From NCBI GenBank assembly GCA_934691225.1, contig CAKUSQ010000006.1, positions 1 through 10,519 on the forward strand: a stretch of DNA of 10,519 nucleotides. The letters run 5' to 3'. Shown piece by piece: positions 1-8,303 of the stretch. The notes under the pieces are model-generated. The model was not told the origin of the DNA. It did no database searches and saw only the letters and a list, made by a program, of their open reading frames with translations. Both the position numbers and the translations under genes were made by a program. Positions within the stretch are counted from its first letter, which is position 1. Each line of letters opens with the position of its first letter. This DNA comes from an uncultured Opitutales bacterium. Lineage in GTDB: Bacteria; Verrucomicrobiota; Verrucomicrobiia; Opitutales; UBA9783.

Positions 1-369
1 GCATTACTCAAGCTAACAAAAGCTATCGAAGATAATAATTATGCGGACGTTTTAACGGGCATTGAAAATATTATTCATTCAGGTTGTGATGCTTATAGAA
101 CTGTTTTGGACATCGAAATGTATTTTCATGATCAGCTCGTAAATGCTTCTAAAAATGCTCCTCAAGTGAAATATTCGCCTTTTGTTTATGCAAAAATTCT
201 TGAAATTTTAAAATCGGGCGAAGAACAATTGCAACGAGGTTTATCGATAAAAAGTAATTTGGAAGCCCTTTTATTTAAAGCTATTGAATGTACAAAGGTA
301 TCGTCCATTGAAGTTTTGTTGCAAGCGTTGAATTCGCTTCCTGATGAAGTAAAAAAAAACGACTTTTAG
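1..369 (+). CDS. dnaX: DNA polymerase III subunit gamma/tau (DnaX), 3' portion. This is the zero-frame (gamma-like) product; the 5' end lies outside the window.
   Basis: Frame 1 is open from base 1 (ALLKLTKAIEDNNYADVLTGIENIIHSGCDAYRTVLDIEMYFHDQL...), so the ATG at 106 in the ORF track is internal. The helical pattern resembles clamp-loader domain III of DnaX (E. coli ...ALLEAVRQGD..ALL.LVEQL...G.D...LL.EM...LH..., recalled from memory). The frame ends EVKKNDF* with TAG at 367-369, 3 codons after an A9 run. Confidence 0.7.
   Translation, partial: ALLKLTKAIEDNNYADVLTGIENIIHSGCDAYRTVLDIEMYFHDQLVNASKNAPQVKYSPFVYAKILEILKSGEEQLQRGLSIKSNLEALLFKAIECTKVSSIEVLLQALNSLPDEVKKNDF
351..359 (+). other. A9 homopolymer, a candidate recoding site: -1 slippery heptamer A_AAA_AAA or a transcriptional slippage tract
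   Basis: Zero-frame codons are GTA AAA AAA AAC (349-360). This gives an X_XXY_YYZ heptamer of all A, like the E. coli dnaX A_AAA_AAG. The -1 frame has TGA at 345-347 and the zero frame has TAG at 367-369, so the only productive frame-switch window (348-366) brackets this run. Confidence 0.5.
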
Positions 370-728
370 CTTTAAATAATTATATAGAATCTAAGATTGC
401 ACAACCCAAAAACGAAACACTTCCTTCAGATTCTTCTGAAGCAAATAGTTCTATTTTAACGCAGAACTTTGCATACACAGACGCGCTTGTATTTCAAAAG
501 GAAGCCTACGTTTCAAGTTTTGAGCAAGAACCTGTCTATGATTTGGACAGTTTTAAAAATTCTTCAGAAAAAATTGAAAAAACGCTCACACCTCCACCTA
601 ACTTTCAGGATCAATTGAACAAATTTCCTCAAGAAATAAATGCTGCTTTTAAACGTATTTTAAATGCAGAAATTGTTGGAATTTGGCCTATTAAAACAAG
701 TAATTTTTTAAAAAGCAAAAATTCATAA
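351..728 (+). CDS. dnaX: -1-frame continuation of dnaX (tau-specific C-terminal extension), reachable only by a frameshift or slippage at the A9 run
   Basis: Frame 3 is open from 348 to TAA at 726-728. It reads KKKRLLALNNYIESKIAQPKNETLPSDSSEANSS...TPPPNFQDQLNKFPQEINAAFKRILNAEIVGIWPIKTSNFLKSKNS. An S/P/N/Q-rich linker is followed by the motif F.R.L.AE....I.PI, which resembles the E. coli tau C-terminus (LRRFFDAELDEESIRPI). The ORF-track entry 543..728 (TTG start) is the tail of this frame. Confidence 0.55.
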   Translation, partial: KKKRLLALNNYIESKIAQPKNETLPSDSSEANSSILTQNFAYTDALVFQKEAYVSSFEQEPVYDLDSFKNSSEKIEKTLTPPPNFQDQLNKFPQEINAAFKRILNAEIVGIWPIKTSNFLKSKNS

Positions 729-2114
729 CCAATGCGGGAGCAACCGAAGCGCTAACATTAAGAAAATTGTTGGAAGTAAAGCACCTAAAAATAAAGGTAA
801 AGGTTTAACAATTCCATCTTTAAAAAATTTCGATAATAGTGACTGTCCTGCAGGGTTAGGAGCATTAGCAATAACCGTTAAACCACCGCCAACGACAGCG
901 CCTCCAACAACGGATAACTGCAGCTGTGAATCATTTAAGAATTCTGGCACCAACGATGCCAAATAAGTAATGGAAGCATTATCATTAAAAGCTGTTAAAA
1001 AAGCAGAACCGAGAAACAACAATGTATCATTGAGGCGTGACAAAACAATTTCAATCCACCATTCCTGCAAACCTCCATGTGTAACAAGACCTGCTAAAAA
1101 ACATCCTACTAGCAACGATTCCTTAATATTGAGGGGCGATTGGTATTTCTTAAAAATATTAGCTGTTGCCAAAAATGCTAAAAATCCCCACATTAACAAT
1201 GCTGTGTGGTGCGCATTAAACACAACCCAAGCCAAAAAAAAGACATGCAATCCGATGATAACAGCTGGAATTTTTTCATGCGTGTTATCTTCCTTAAATA
1301 CATTTTTAGCCAAAATATTTAAATGATGCAGTTGTTTTGAAAAGATTAAAAAATAAAAGAGCGACGCAATTAAAATTCCTAAGGTAGCGTAAATACCTAA
1401 ATGAGAAAACACGTAGCTATTCGACCAATTCCACTTGGATGCTATCATTAATATAGGTGGAGATGCAAAATTTGTTAAAACACCTCCTACAGAAATATTT
1501 ACGAATAATAATCCTAAAGTTCCATAAGAAAAAAAAGCGCTTGGTTTGTACTTGTAAACTTTTTCAGCTAGTAACATTGCTGAAATCGTCATAGCTGCTG
1601 GCTCTGTGATCAATGATCCCAATAACGGACCTAAAATTAAGATACATAACCACCATGTAGATGGTTTTTCTTGCCCGAACATGTGCACAACTTTTTGAAT
1701 GCAAGCTTCCGCTAAATATAAAATAGGGCGTGTAGAAGCAATTGTCATGATACCAAAAACAAAAATGGGCTCTGTATATTGCCTTGATGAGAAATATTCA
1801 ACCGTCGCATTCCAGCCTTTAAACATTACGAAACATACAACGAGTGGGATTAACCAAATTCCAAAGATAGCCTCTACTTCCCCCAACCAGTGCATTATCG
1901 CTACTTTCGCATCAGACTCACCCTTGGCGCGCAAGGTCTTAGCTTTTGATGCCAATTTGCCTGCAAAGAAACTGTGAAAAACAGCTCCCATAAAAATCAA
2001 AAAAGCAACTAAACGAAAAGGATCCTCAGAAATTTTTTGCATCCACAAATTAAAAAAAGCATCTGAAGGTGTTGCAGCTATGCTAGCTACAAATAATTTA
2101 TGGAACAACAACAT
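723..2114 (-). CDS. Polytopic membrane transporter, ion-transporter-superfamily-like. It may belong to the family usually annotated as 'putative Na+/H+ antiporter' (DUF1504-like); substrate unknown.
   Basis: 463-aa ORF with roughly 11-12 hydrophobic segments. It carries the loop motifs GSLITEPAAM and GGGLTVIANAPNPAG, typical of ArsB/NhaD/CitMHS-type carriers. The family assignment is from memory and unverified. Confidence 0.8.
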   Translation of the reverse strand: MLLFHKLFVASIAATPSDAFFNLWMQKISEDPFRLVAFLIFMGAVFHSFFAGKLASKAKTLRAKGESDAKVAIMHWLGEVEAIFGIWLIPLVVCFVMFKGWNATVEYFSSRQYTEPIFVFGIMTIASTRPILYLAEACIQKVVHMFGQEKPSTWWLCILILGPLLGSLITEPAAMTISAMLLAEKVYKYKPSAFFSYGTLGLLFVNISVGGVLTNFASPPILMIASKWNWSNSYVFSHLGIYATLGILIASLFYFLIFSKQLHHLNILAKNVFKEDNTHEKIPAVIIGLHVFFLAWVVFNAHHTALLMWGFLAFLATANIFKKYQSPLNIKESLLVGCFLAGLVTHGGLQEWWIEIVLSRLNDTLLFLGSAFLTAFNDNASITYLASLVPEFLNDSQLQLSVVGGAVVGGGLTVIANAPNPAGQSLLSKFFKDGIVKPLPLFLGALLPTIFLMLALRLLPHWL

Positions 2115-2120
2115 ATTTTT

Positions 2121-2148
2121 ATTATATAAAAATTTTTATTTTTAACAA
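2121..2148 (-). promoter_or_regulatory. Candidate sigma-70 promoter for the transporter gene: TTGTTA-N16-TATAAT, then 6 nt to the ATG
   Basis: The minus strand reads ...ctgcTTGTTAaaaataaaaatttttaTATAATaaaaatATG. The -35 is at 2143-2148 and the perfect -10 is at 2121-2126. The background is AT-rich, so a chance match is possible. Confidence 0.3.
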
Positions 2149-2172
2149 GCAGAAAAATTCAAAATTGCCACC

Positions 2173-2901
2173 CTACCCTTTCTTAACATGGCTAGGTGCA
2201 ATTAAAACAACATATTCACCTTTTTCCGGACATTGAAAAGCATCTATTTCACTGATTGCACCTCGATAAAAGGTCTCATTCAATTTCGTCAGTTCGCGTG
2301 CTACAAAAACATAGCGTTGCGGATCTAAGATTGTTTTTAACAATTCAATTAATTTCTGGATGCGATAAGGTGATTCGTAAATTATTAACGTACCACGAAA
2401 ATCTTTATATGAATCCAAAAGCCGTTGACGAGGCCCTTGTTTTACGGGTAAAAACCCTAAAAATAAGAACTGATCGCTAGGGAATCCTGAAACGCTCAAA
2501 GCTGCGATAGAAGCTGTAGCCCCAGGAACAGGAATTACAGGCACTGAATGTTCACGGCACAATTTAACTAAGCGGTATCCAGGATCACTGATAGTAGGTG
2601 TTCCAGCGTCACTGACAAGCGCAACTGTTTGACCTTGATGTAAACGATCGAGTAAACGTTGAGCACTTTTTTCTTCGCCTGCATCACGATACATGAAAAG
2701 CTCTTTATGCGATAATTTTAAAACCATCAGCAGGTTTTTCGTTATTCGAGGTGTTTCGCAAGCAATGCAATCGCATACGTTTAAAACTTGTATAGCTCTC
2801 AAGGTTAGGTCACCTAAATTGCCAAGTGGAGTTGCAACTACGTATAACGTCCCTGATTGAACGTTTTGATGGCTACATAACTCCATTAAATTGTCTAGCA
2901 T
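2173..2901 (-). CDS. rsmI: 16S rRNA (cytidine1402-2'-O)-methyltransferase RsmI (tetrapyrrole-methylase fold)
   Basis: The N-terminus GTLYVVATPLGNLGDLTLRAIQVLNVCDCIACETPRITKNLL matches the RsmI signature (E. coli LYIVPTPIGNLADIT.RAL.VL..VDLIAAEDTR.T..LL). It also has GTPTISDPGY and IPGATA motifs. The start ATG overlaps the tyrS stop (TAATG); an alternative start is Met6. Confidence 0.85.
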   Translation of the reverse strand: MLDNLMELCSHQNVQSGTLYVVATPLGNLGDLTLRAIQVLNVCDCIACETPRITKNLLMVLKLSHKELFMYRDAGEEKSAQRLLDRLHQGQTVALVSDAGTPTISDPGYRLVKLCREHSVPVIPVPGATASIAALSVSGFPSDQFLFLGFLPVKQGPRQRLLDSYKDFRGTLIIYESPYRIQKLIELLKTILDPQRYVFVARELTKLNETFYRGAISEIDAFQCPEKGEYVVLIAPSHVKKG

Positions 2902-4079
2902 TATTTTACTTTAAAAAATAATTTTTTACCAACGCGAACAATACAGGTTTCATTCTTTGGTAAAGCATAGGTCAATGAAGAAATTCGTTGCTCATTAACC
3001 TCTACGCCACCCTGCTCAATAAGACGCTTTAACTCTTTTTTACTACCTTCATAGAGCTTTGTATTAACAATAACATCAACCAAACTTTCGCACGATAAAA
3101 ATGATTCCCATGAAAACACCGGCATGTCATCTGGTAACTTTTTTTGAGAAAAAACAGTTTCAAAATGCTTCTGTTCTTCTAAAGCTATAGATTCTCCATA
3201 AAACTGCTTAACCAGTTTGTAAGCCAACGCTTTTTTCATCATCATAGGGTGCTGCTTTTTACGCGCTTCAATTTCTGTTTCGCTTTCTAATCCAAGCAGT
3301 TTGAAATAGATCCACATAGCTTCGTCCGGAATCGACATGATTTTACCGTACATATCTCTTGAAGTGTCGTTAAACGCGATGTAATTGTCGTAACTTTTTG
3401 ACATTTTCTTCACACCATCGAGCCCTACTAATAAAGGCATGCAAAGGACAGCCTGCTCAGATTGCCCAAAGATTTTTTGGAATTGTCGTCCCATACACAA
3501 GTTAAACAGTTGATCCATACCACCTAACTCAATATCTGCTTTGAGAACAACAGAATCGTAAGCTTGAAGGATAGGATACAAAAACTCAATCAGTGCAATA
3601 GGTGTTTTATTGCTGTACCGCTTAGTAAAATCATCTCTTTCAAGCATTTGTGCTACTGTAACATTTCGCGACAAACTCAGCAAATCACTAAACGACATTT
3701 TACCGAACCATTCACTGTTTCGACGAACCTCAGTTTTCTCTCCATCAAGAATTTTAAAAGCCTGCTCCAAATAAGTTTTTGAATTTTCAGCAATTTGTTC
3801 GGACGTTAACACAGGACGCGTTGAAGATCGACCACTTGGATCGCCAATTTGTGTAGTAAAGTCCCCTATTAAAAAAATAATCTGATGCCCTAACGATTGT
3901 AATTGACGAAGTTTATTAAAAACAACCCAATGACCATACGTTAAATCAGGACGTGTAGGATCTACTCCAAGCTTAACCCTAAGTTGCTTACCTTGAGCTA
4001 TTTTTTCCTTTAAATCATTTTCACCTACATAACGTTCAACATTTTGAGAAATAATTTTCCACTGTTCTTCTGCGTTCAT
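2901..4079 (-). CDS. tyrS: Tyrosine--tRNA ligase (short, type-2-like form with a C-terminal S4 domain)
   Basis: 392 aa. It has a HIGH-region variant (DLTYGHWV), GDPSGRS, and the class-I KMSKS motif (VKKMSKS). The C-terminal S4-like RNA-binding segment is SKKELKRLIEQGGVEVNEQRI. AAGGA lies 5 nt before the ATG. Confidence 0.93.
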   Translation of the reverse strand: MNAEEQWKIISQNVERYVGENDLKEKIAQGKQLRVKLGVDPTRPDLTYGHWVVFNKLRQLQSLGHQIIFLIGDFTTQIGDPSGRSSTRPVLTSEQIAENSKTYLEQAFKILDGEKTEVRRNSEWFGKMSFSDLLSLSRNVTVAQMLERDDFTKRYSNKTPIALIEFLYPILQAYDSVVLKADIELGGMDQLFNLCMGRQFQKIFGQSEQAVLCMPLLVGLDGVKKMSKSYDNYIAFNDTSRDMYGKIMSIPDEAMWIYFKLLGLESETEIEARKKQHPMMMKKALAYKLVKQFYGESIALEEQKHFETVFSQKKLPDDMPVFSWESFLSCESLVDVIVNTKLYEGSKKELKRLIEQGGVEVNEQRISSLTYALPKNETCIVRVGKKLFFKVK

Positions 4080-5335
4080 GGTTGTCCTTTTATGTTTCTA
4101 ATATTTTTACTGCGCATTAAACATACAATACACAAGGATGCTAATACAGTGTTTAACAGTACACCAAGTGCAAGTTCATAATCTGACGCTTGATAAATAC
4201 GAAGTCCTTGTGCATTAACCGCACCTGTCCAGTATTCATCCAAAGATCTCGCTACAAACAACTGCAATAATGTCAAACCTAACATATTTATTGTATTTAC
4301 CCAACCAATGATTAAACCTGACGTTTTGGGTGTAGATAACTGCGCTGATAAAGCAAAACACAATACATCACCGCAAGCAAAGAATCCTAGCAAAAACAAA
4401 ACACTTTGAAGTATCACAGCCGGCATTTGATTGGGACCATAAATTAAAATAGCAAATAAGATCCCTAGTGCTAAACAACAGGTACGTACTCCTTTCAATA
4501 TCTTTTTGCCTCCATTGAATAACATAGGAATTAGAAATGCACCCAATAAGAATCCAGCAAACATGAACTGGTTAAAAAATACAGCTTGCATATCATTTAA
4601 ACCATATTTCGTGATTAAAAACGAATTACCCCAAAGATCCGATAAAGTTGTTACGACAGAACATGTTCCTACCGTTAATAATGCGTACAAAAAAATCCGA
4701 TGATTAAAAACGACTGAAAATAACGTTTTCCAAAAATTCGATGTTTCTAATTCAGCATTCTTTTCATGGTTTCCTGATAAAGACAACAAACATAATAAGA
4801 ACAACAATGCACCAAAAGTATTTAAATAACATGCAGTTCCTTGCCAATCATTATTGACTAAACAAAGCTGTTTTAGCAAACTGTTTCCAACAATAACAAT
4901 AACTGTCCCTAAGGTACAGGTAATTCCTATAAAAACACCACACAATTTATCTGAAAAAGAATCCGTTGCCATTTTTACAGCACTCATAAACGCTGGTGCA
5001 GCTCCGACACCAATTAATATACGTCCACATTGTGCCCACGTAGCCGAATGTGTATGTGTGAATATAAATTGCCCTGATAAGCACAAACCAAATGATGTTA
5101 AAATCAACCATCGAATACCAATACGATCCAATAATATTCCAAATGGTATCTGCAAACAACTATATACAAAAATACAATACGTACTTAAAGTTGCGAATTC
5201 ATTGGCTGAAAAATTGAAAGTTCCGCGAATTTCATTCGTAAACGTACTTGGATAAACGCGCAATAAGTATTGGTATGAATAAAAGAGAGATAATAAAAAC
5301 CAATTCCAATAAGCCTGCTTGTTAGCCTGTTTCAT
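4076..5335 (-). CDS. Major facilitator superfamily transporter, substrate unknown
   Basis: 419 aa with about 12 predicted TM segments. MFS motif A is in the TM2-3 loop (GILLDRIGIRW). The stop overlaps the tyrS start (ATGA, 4076-4079). Confidence 0.85.
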   Translation of the reverse strand: MKQANKQAYWNWFLLSLFYSYQYLLRVYPSTFTNEIRGTFNFSANEFATLSTYCIFVYSCLQIPFGILLDRIGIRWLILTSFGLCLSGQFIFTHTHSATWAQCGRILIGVGAAPAFMSAVKMATDSFSDKLCGVFIGITCTLGTVIVIVGNSLLKQLCLVNNDWQGTACYLNTFGALLFLLCLLSLSGNHEKNAELETSNFWKTLFSVVFNHRIFLYALLTVGTCSVVTTLSDLWGNSFLITKYGLNDMQAVFFNQFMFAGFLLGAFLIPMLFNGGKKILKGVRTCCLALGILFAILIYGPNQMPAVILQSVLFLLGFFACGDVLCFALSAQLSTPKTSGLIIGWVNTINMLGLTLLQLFVARSLDEYWTGAVNAQGLRIYQASDYELALGVLLNTVLASLCIVCLMRSKNIRNIKGQP

Positions 5336-5397
5336 AACCTTTCATCCAATCAGAAATATTACTACAAACACAAGCTAAAAATAAATAATTCGACCAA

Positions 5398-5440
5398 TAT
5401 AAATAAAAAATAAAAGTGGGAACGTTAAAATTCCCACTTA
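5398..5440 (-). terminator. Rho-independent terminator of ppdK
   Basis: A perfect 9-bp stem pairs 5414-5422 (aagtgggaa) with 5431-5439 (ttcccactt) around an 8-nt loop. On the minus-strand RNA it is followed by UUAUUUUUUAUUU. It starts 5 nt after the ppdK stop. Confidence 0.75.
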
Positions 5441-5444
5441 AAAT

Positions 5445-8144
5445 TTACTTGCGCGGATTTTTTAAGGCCGCTTGTGCACAAGCTAAACGAACAATTGGAA
5501 TGCGATTAGGTGAGCAACTAACATAATTTAAACCTACGTTATGGAAAAATTCTACCGAACGTGGGTCACCACCATGTTCACCGCAAATACCTACCTCCAT
5601 TGCTGGTTTTACTTCACGGGCACAATTTACAGATAACTTCACTAACTCCCCTACTCCATCCACATCGATCGATGCAAACGGATTAACCGTAAAGATCTCA
5701 TGATTGATATATGCATTGAAGAATTTGCCCATATCATCTCGACTGATTCCTAGGGTTAATTGTGTCAAATCGTTTGTACCAAAACTGAAGAAATCAGCAA
5801 CCTTAGCAATATCAGCTGAACGAACCGTCGCACGAGGATTTTCAATCATCGTACCTATCATACAAGGAATATCAATATGATGTTGTTCGCACACTTTCTT
5901 TCCAACAGCTTTAATCAATTGCACTTGATTTTCAAGTTCTTTCACAAATCCTACCAAAGGAATCATAATTTCCAAATGGACCTTGTTACCTGATTTAATA
6001 ACTTCAGCTGCCGCTTCAAAAATAGCAGTGGCCTGCATTTCGGTAATTTCAGGGTAAGAAATTCCTAAACGACATCCACGATGACCTAACATTGGATTCT
6101 GTTCGGATAAATTGGCTGAACGACGCTTAATTTCCTCAACAGGCATATTAATAACAGCTGACAAAGCTTCAATGGCTTTTTCATCATGTGGCAAAAATTC
6201 ATGCAACGGTGGATCTAGCAAACGAATGATAACTGGATGGCCCTTCATTGCTTTAAAAATACCGATGAAATCTTCGCGTTGTAATGGCAGCAGTTTTGCT
6301 AAAGCCTTACGTCTCGCAGCTTCGTTATCAGCTAAAATCATTTCACGCATTGAATCAATGCGATGCCCACTGAAAAACATGTGTTCAGTACGACATAATC
6401 CAACACCTTCCGCACCAAAAGCAAAAGCTGCTTCAGCTTGTTTAGGGGTATCCGCATTTGTCCGAATTCCCAATTGACGAAACTCATCGCTCCACGTCAT
6501 AATTTGATGGAACATACGATAGGTTTCACTTTGTTCTGGTTTTAAAGTGCCATTAAGAACTTGCATAACTTCTGATGGCATGGTGTCAATCGCACCTTGG
6601 AAAACTTCACCCGTCGTTCCATCAATTGAAATAAAATCACCTTCATGCAATACAACAGCATTGCGTGTGATTGTTTTTTTATGGTAATCGATGGTTAAAT
6701 CACCTGCTCCACATACGCAAACTTTACCCATTTGACGTGCTACCAAAGCCGCATGTGAACTTACACCACCACGACTCGTCAAAATACCTTCGGCGACCAA
6801 CATACCGCGCAAATCTTCAGGCGAAGTTTCTGCACGACACAAAACAACTTTCTGGCCTTCTTTAGATAATTCCTCTGCACGATCTGCAGTGAAAACAATC
6901 TGTCCACAAGCAGCTCCAGGTCCTGCCGGCAAACCTTGAGCAATACATTTTACATGCTTCTTATGAGCATTATCAAACACAGGAACTAAAAGCGTTGCAA
7001 TTGATTCTGCTGGAATGCGCAATAAAGCTGTCTTTTTATCGATCAAACCTTCTTCTACCATGTCCAAAGCAATTCGAATAGCTGCTAAACCCGTACGTTT
7101 ACCATTACGCGTTTGCAACATAAACAAATGTTCATCTTCAACTGTAAATTCAAAATCCTGCATATCTTTGAAATGATTTTCCAAAGTTTCACGGATTTTC
7201 AATAAAGATGCGTAAGCAGCTGGCATTTCCTCTTTCAATTGAGCGATAGGATGCGGAGTCCGAATACCTGCAACAACATCTTCACCTTGTGCATTAATGA
7301 GATATTCACCATAGAAAACGTTTTCACCGTTCGCTGGATTACGCGTAAAAGCTACACCTGTAGCACTCGTATCGCCTGCATTACCAAATACCATTGCTTG
7401 TACATTGACTGCAGTTCCCCAATCCGACGGAATATTATATTTATGACGATAAATGATAGCGCGTTCATTGTACCAAGAACCAAATACAGCACCGATAGCT
7501 CCTTCCAACTGTTCAAAAACATCTTGAGGGAAATCACATCCTTTTTTGGAACGTATCAGTTCTTTGAAACGAACAATAATTCCTTTTAAATCATCAGCTT
7601 CTAATTCGGTATCATAATGGACACCCTTAGCTTTCTTAACATCTGTCAAAATAGCATCAAAAGGATCGTGCTCATCATCAGAATCCGCACCTACTCCCAT
7701 CACAACATCGCCGTACATTTGAATAAAACGACGATAACAATCGTAAGCAAAGCGAGGATTTTTCGTAATAGTGGCAAAACCTTCAACCGTTTTATCATTC
7801 AAACCAAGATTTAAGATGGTATCCATCATACCTGGCATTGATTCACGTGCGCCCGATCGAACAGAAAATAAGAGTGGATTTTCAGCATCACCAAATTTTT
7901 TCCCTAACTGCGCTTCTACACTTTCAATTGAAGCCCTAATAGCCGCCTTCAACTCAGGCTTGATCTGCTTATTTGCTTTGTAATAATCTAAGCACATGGC
8001 GGTTGTTATTGTAAATCCGGGAGGCACAGGCAATCCAATACGTGACATTTCAGCAAGATTAGCACCCTTACCTCCTAATAACGCACGCATAGTTGCATTT
8101 CCATCGGTTTTTTTACCAAATTCATAAATCATTTTATCTGTCAT
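5445..8144 (-). CDS. ppdK: Pyruvate, phosphate dikinase
   Basis: 899 aa. The N-terminal ATP-grasp region is [30 protein letters not shown]. The phosphohistidine swivel motif is [22 protein letters not shown]. The C-terminal PEP/pyruvate domain has [13 protein letters not shown] and [10 protein letters not shown] strong SD (GGGGAG) lies 6 nt upstream. Confidence 0.97.
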   Translation of the reverse strand: MTDKMIYEFGKKTDGNATMRALLGGKGANLAEMSRIGLPVPPGFTITTAMCLDYYKANKQIKPELKAAIRASIESVEAQLGKKFGDAENPLLFSVRSGARESMPGMMDTILNLGLNDKTVEGFATITKNPRFAYDCYRRFIQMYGDVVMGVGADSDDEHDPFDAILTDVKKAKGVHYDTELEADDLKGIIVRFKELIRSKKGCDFPQDVFEQLEGAIGAVFGSWYNERAIIYRHKYNIPSDWGTAVNVQAMVFGNAGDTSATGVAFTRNPANGENVFYGEYLINAQGEDVVAGIRTPHPIAQLKEEMPAAYASLLKIRETLENHFKDMQDFEFTVEDEHLFMLQTRNGKRTGLAAIRIALDMVEEGLIDKKTALLRIPAESIATLLVPVFDNAHKKHVKCIAQGLPAGPGAACGQIVFTADRAEELSKEGQKVVLCRAETSPEDLRGMLVAEGILTSRGGVSSHAALVARQMGKVCVCGAGDLTIDYHKKTITRNAVVLHEGDFISIDGTTGEVFQGAIDTMPSEVMQVLNGTLKPEQSETYRMFHQIMTWSDEFRQLGIRTNADTPKQAEAAFAFGAEGVGLCRTEHMFFSGHRIDSMREMILADNEAARRKALAKLLPLQREDFIGIFKAMKGHPVIIRLLDPPLHEFLPHDEKAIEALSAVINMPVEEIKRRSANLSEQNPMLGHRGCRLGISYPEITEMQATAIFEAAAEVIKSGNKVHLEIMIPLVGFVKELENQVQLIKAVGKKVCEQHHIDIPCMIGTMIENPRATVRSADIAKVADFFSFGTNDLTQLTLGISRDDMGKFFNAYINHEIFTVNPFASIDVDGVGELVKLSVNCAREVKPAMEVGICGEHGGDPRSVEFFHNVGLNYVSCSPNRIPIVRLACAQAALKNPRK

Positions 8145-8150
8145 ATTTGA

Positions 8151-8156
8151 CTCCCC
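8151..8156 (-). promoter_or_regulatory. Shine-Dalgarno sequence of ppdK
   Basis: The minus strand reads ataGGGGAGtcaaatATG, a 6-nt spacer. This is the only strong SD in the window. Confidence 0.6.
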
Positions 8157-8175
8157 TATTTAAATAGCCTTTTTT

Positions 8176-8204
8176 ATCTAAATATGTTTAAGTAACTTTG
8201 TCAA
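8176..8204 (-). promoter_or_regulatory. Candidate sigma-70 promoter of ppdK: perfect -35 TTGACA with a weak -10
   Basis: The minus strand reads TTGACA (8199-8204), then 17 nt, then TTAGAT (or 18 nt, then TAGATA). The same near-palindromic TTGTCAA also reads as TTGTCA (8198-8203) on the + strand, followed by N17-GATAGT or N19-TAGTAT. It could therefore serve the divergent small ORF/fliA unit. The -10 elements are weak. Confidence 0.3.
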
Positions 8205-8271
8205 TCTAGTTATAAAAAAAGATAGTATTTATATACGGAAATTATGCATAAACATTTAGAAAAAATTTTTT

Positions 8272-8287
8272 AGGCATAGAATTTGCT
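8272..8287 (+). promoter_or_regulatory. Sigma-54 (-24/-12)-type promoter-like element upstream of the small ORF and fliA
   Basis: aGGCAt-agaat-TTGCt compared with the consensus TGGCAC-N5-TTGCW. GG is at 8273-8274 and GC at 8285-8286, so the spacing is exact. All of GG, CA, TTGC and W match. The predicted transcription start is near 8297, just before the ATG at 8304. Confidence 0.35.
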
Positions 8288-8303
8288 TCAATTAAAAACA
8301 AGT

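Noticed and set aside
424-441. 7-bp hairpin (cttcaga-ttct-tctgaag) downstream of the A9 run, considered as a frameshift stimulator
   Set aside because: It begins about 65 nt after the slippery run. Known stimulatory structures lie roughly 5-10 nt downstream. The stem is also short and AT-rich.
543-728. 61-aa ORF with a TTG start, listed as an independent ORF
   Set aside because: Its frame is open all the way back to 348, immediately before the A9 run in dnaX. It has no SD or promoter of its own. It is better explained as the tail of the -1-frame tau extension than as a separate gene.
970-1977. Plus-strand ORFs 970..1326 and 1699..1977, antisense to the transporter gene
   Set aside because: These are shadow ORFs inside a well-supported membrane-protein CDS. 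Their composition is basic and low-complexity, and they have no recognisable motifs or start signals.
2123-2137. AT-only palindrome ataaaaatttttat after rsmI, considered as a terminator
   Set aside because: The stem is purely A/T with no loop and no G/C clamp, so it is not a credible intrinsic terminator. It overlaps the putative transporter promoter instead.
4600-4650. TAAA...TCCGATAA sigma-28-like pair on the + strand inside the MFS gene
   Set aside because: The spacer is about 18 nt rather than 15-16, and the first base of the -10 is mismatched. It lies inside and antisense to a CDS, with nothing downstream to transcribe.
2256-5255. ORFs 2256..2480, 3564..3782, 4506..4703 and 4854..5255 (+) and 4947..5159 (-), inside rsmI, tyrS and the MFS gene
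   Set aside because: All are antisense or out of frame within genes that have strong family motifs. Open frames like these are typical on the opposite strand of AT-rich coding DNA.
6112-7983. ORFs 6112..6477, 6671..6865, 7239..7589, 7617..7814 and 7771..7983 (+) and 7352..7537 (-), inside ppdK
   Set aside because: They are embedded in the unambiguous 899-aa PPDK reading frame and nothing supports independent coding.
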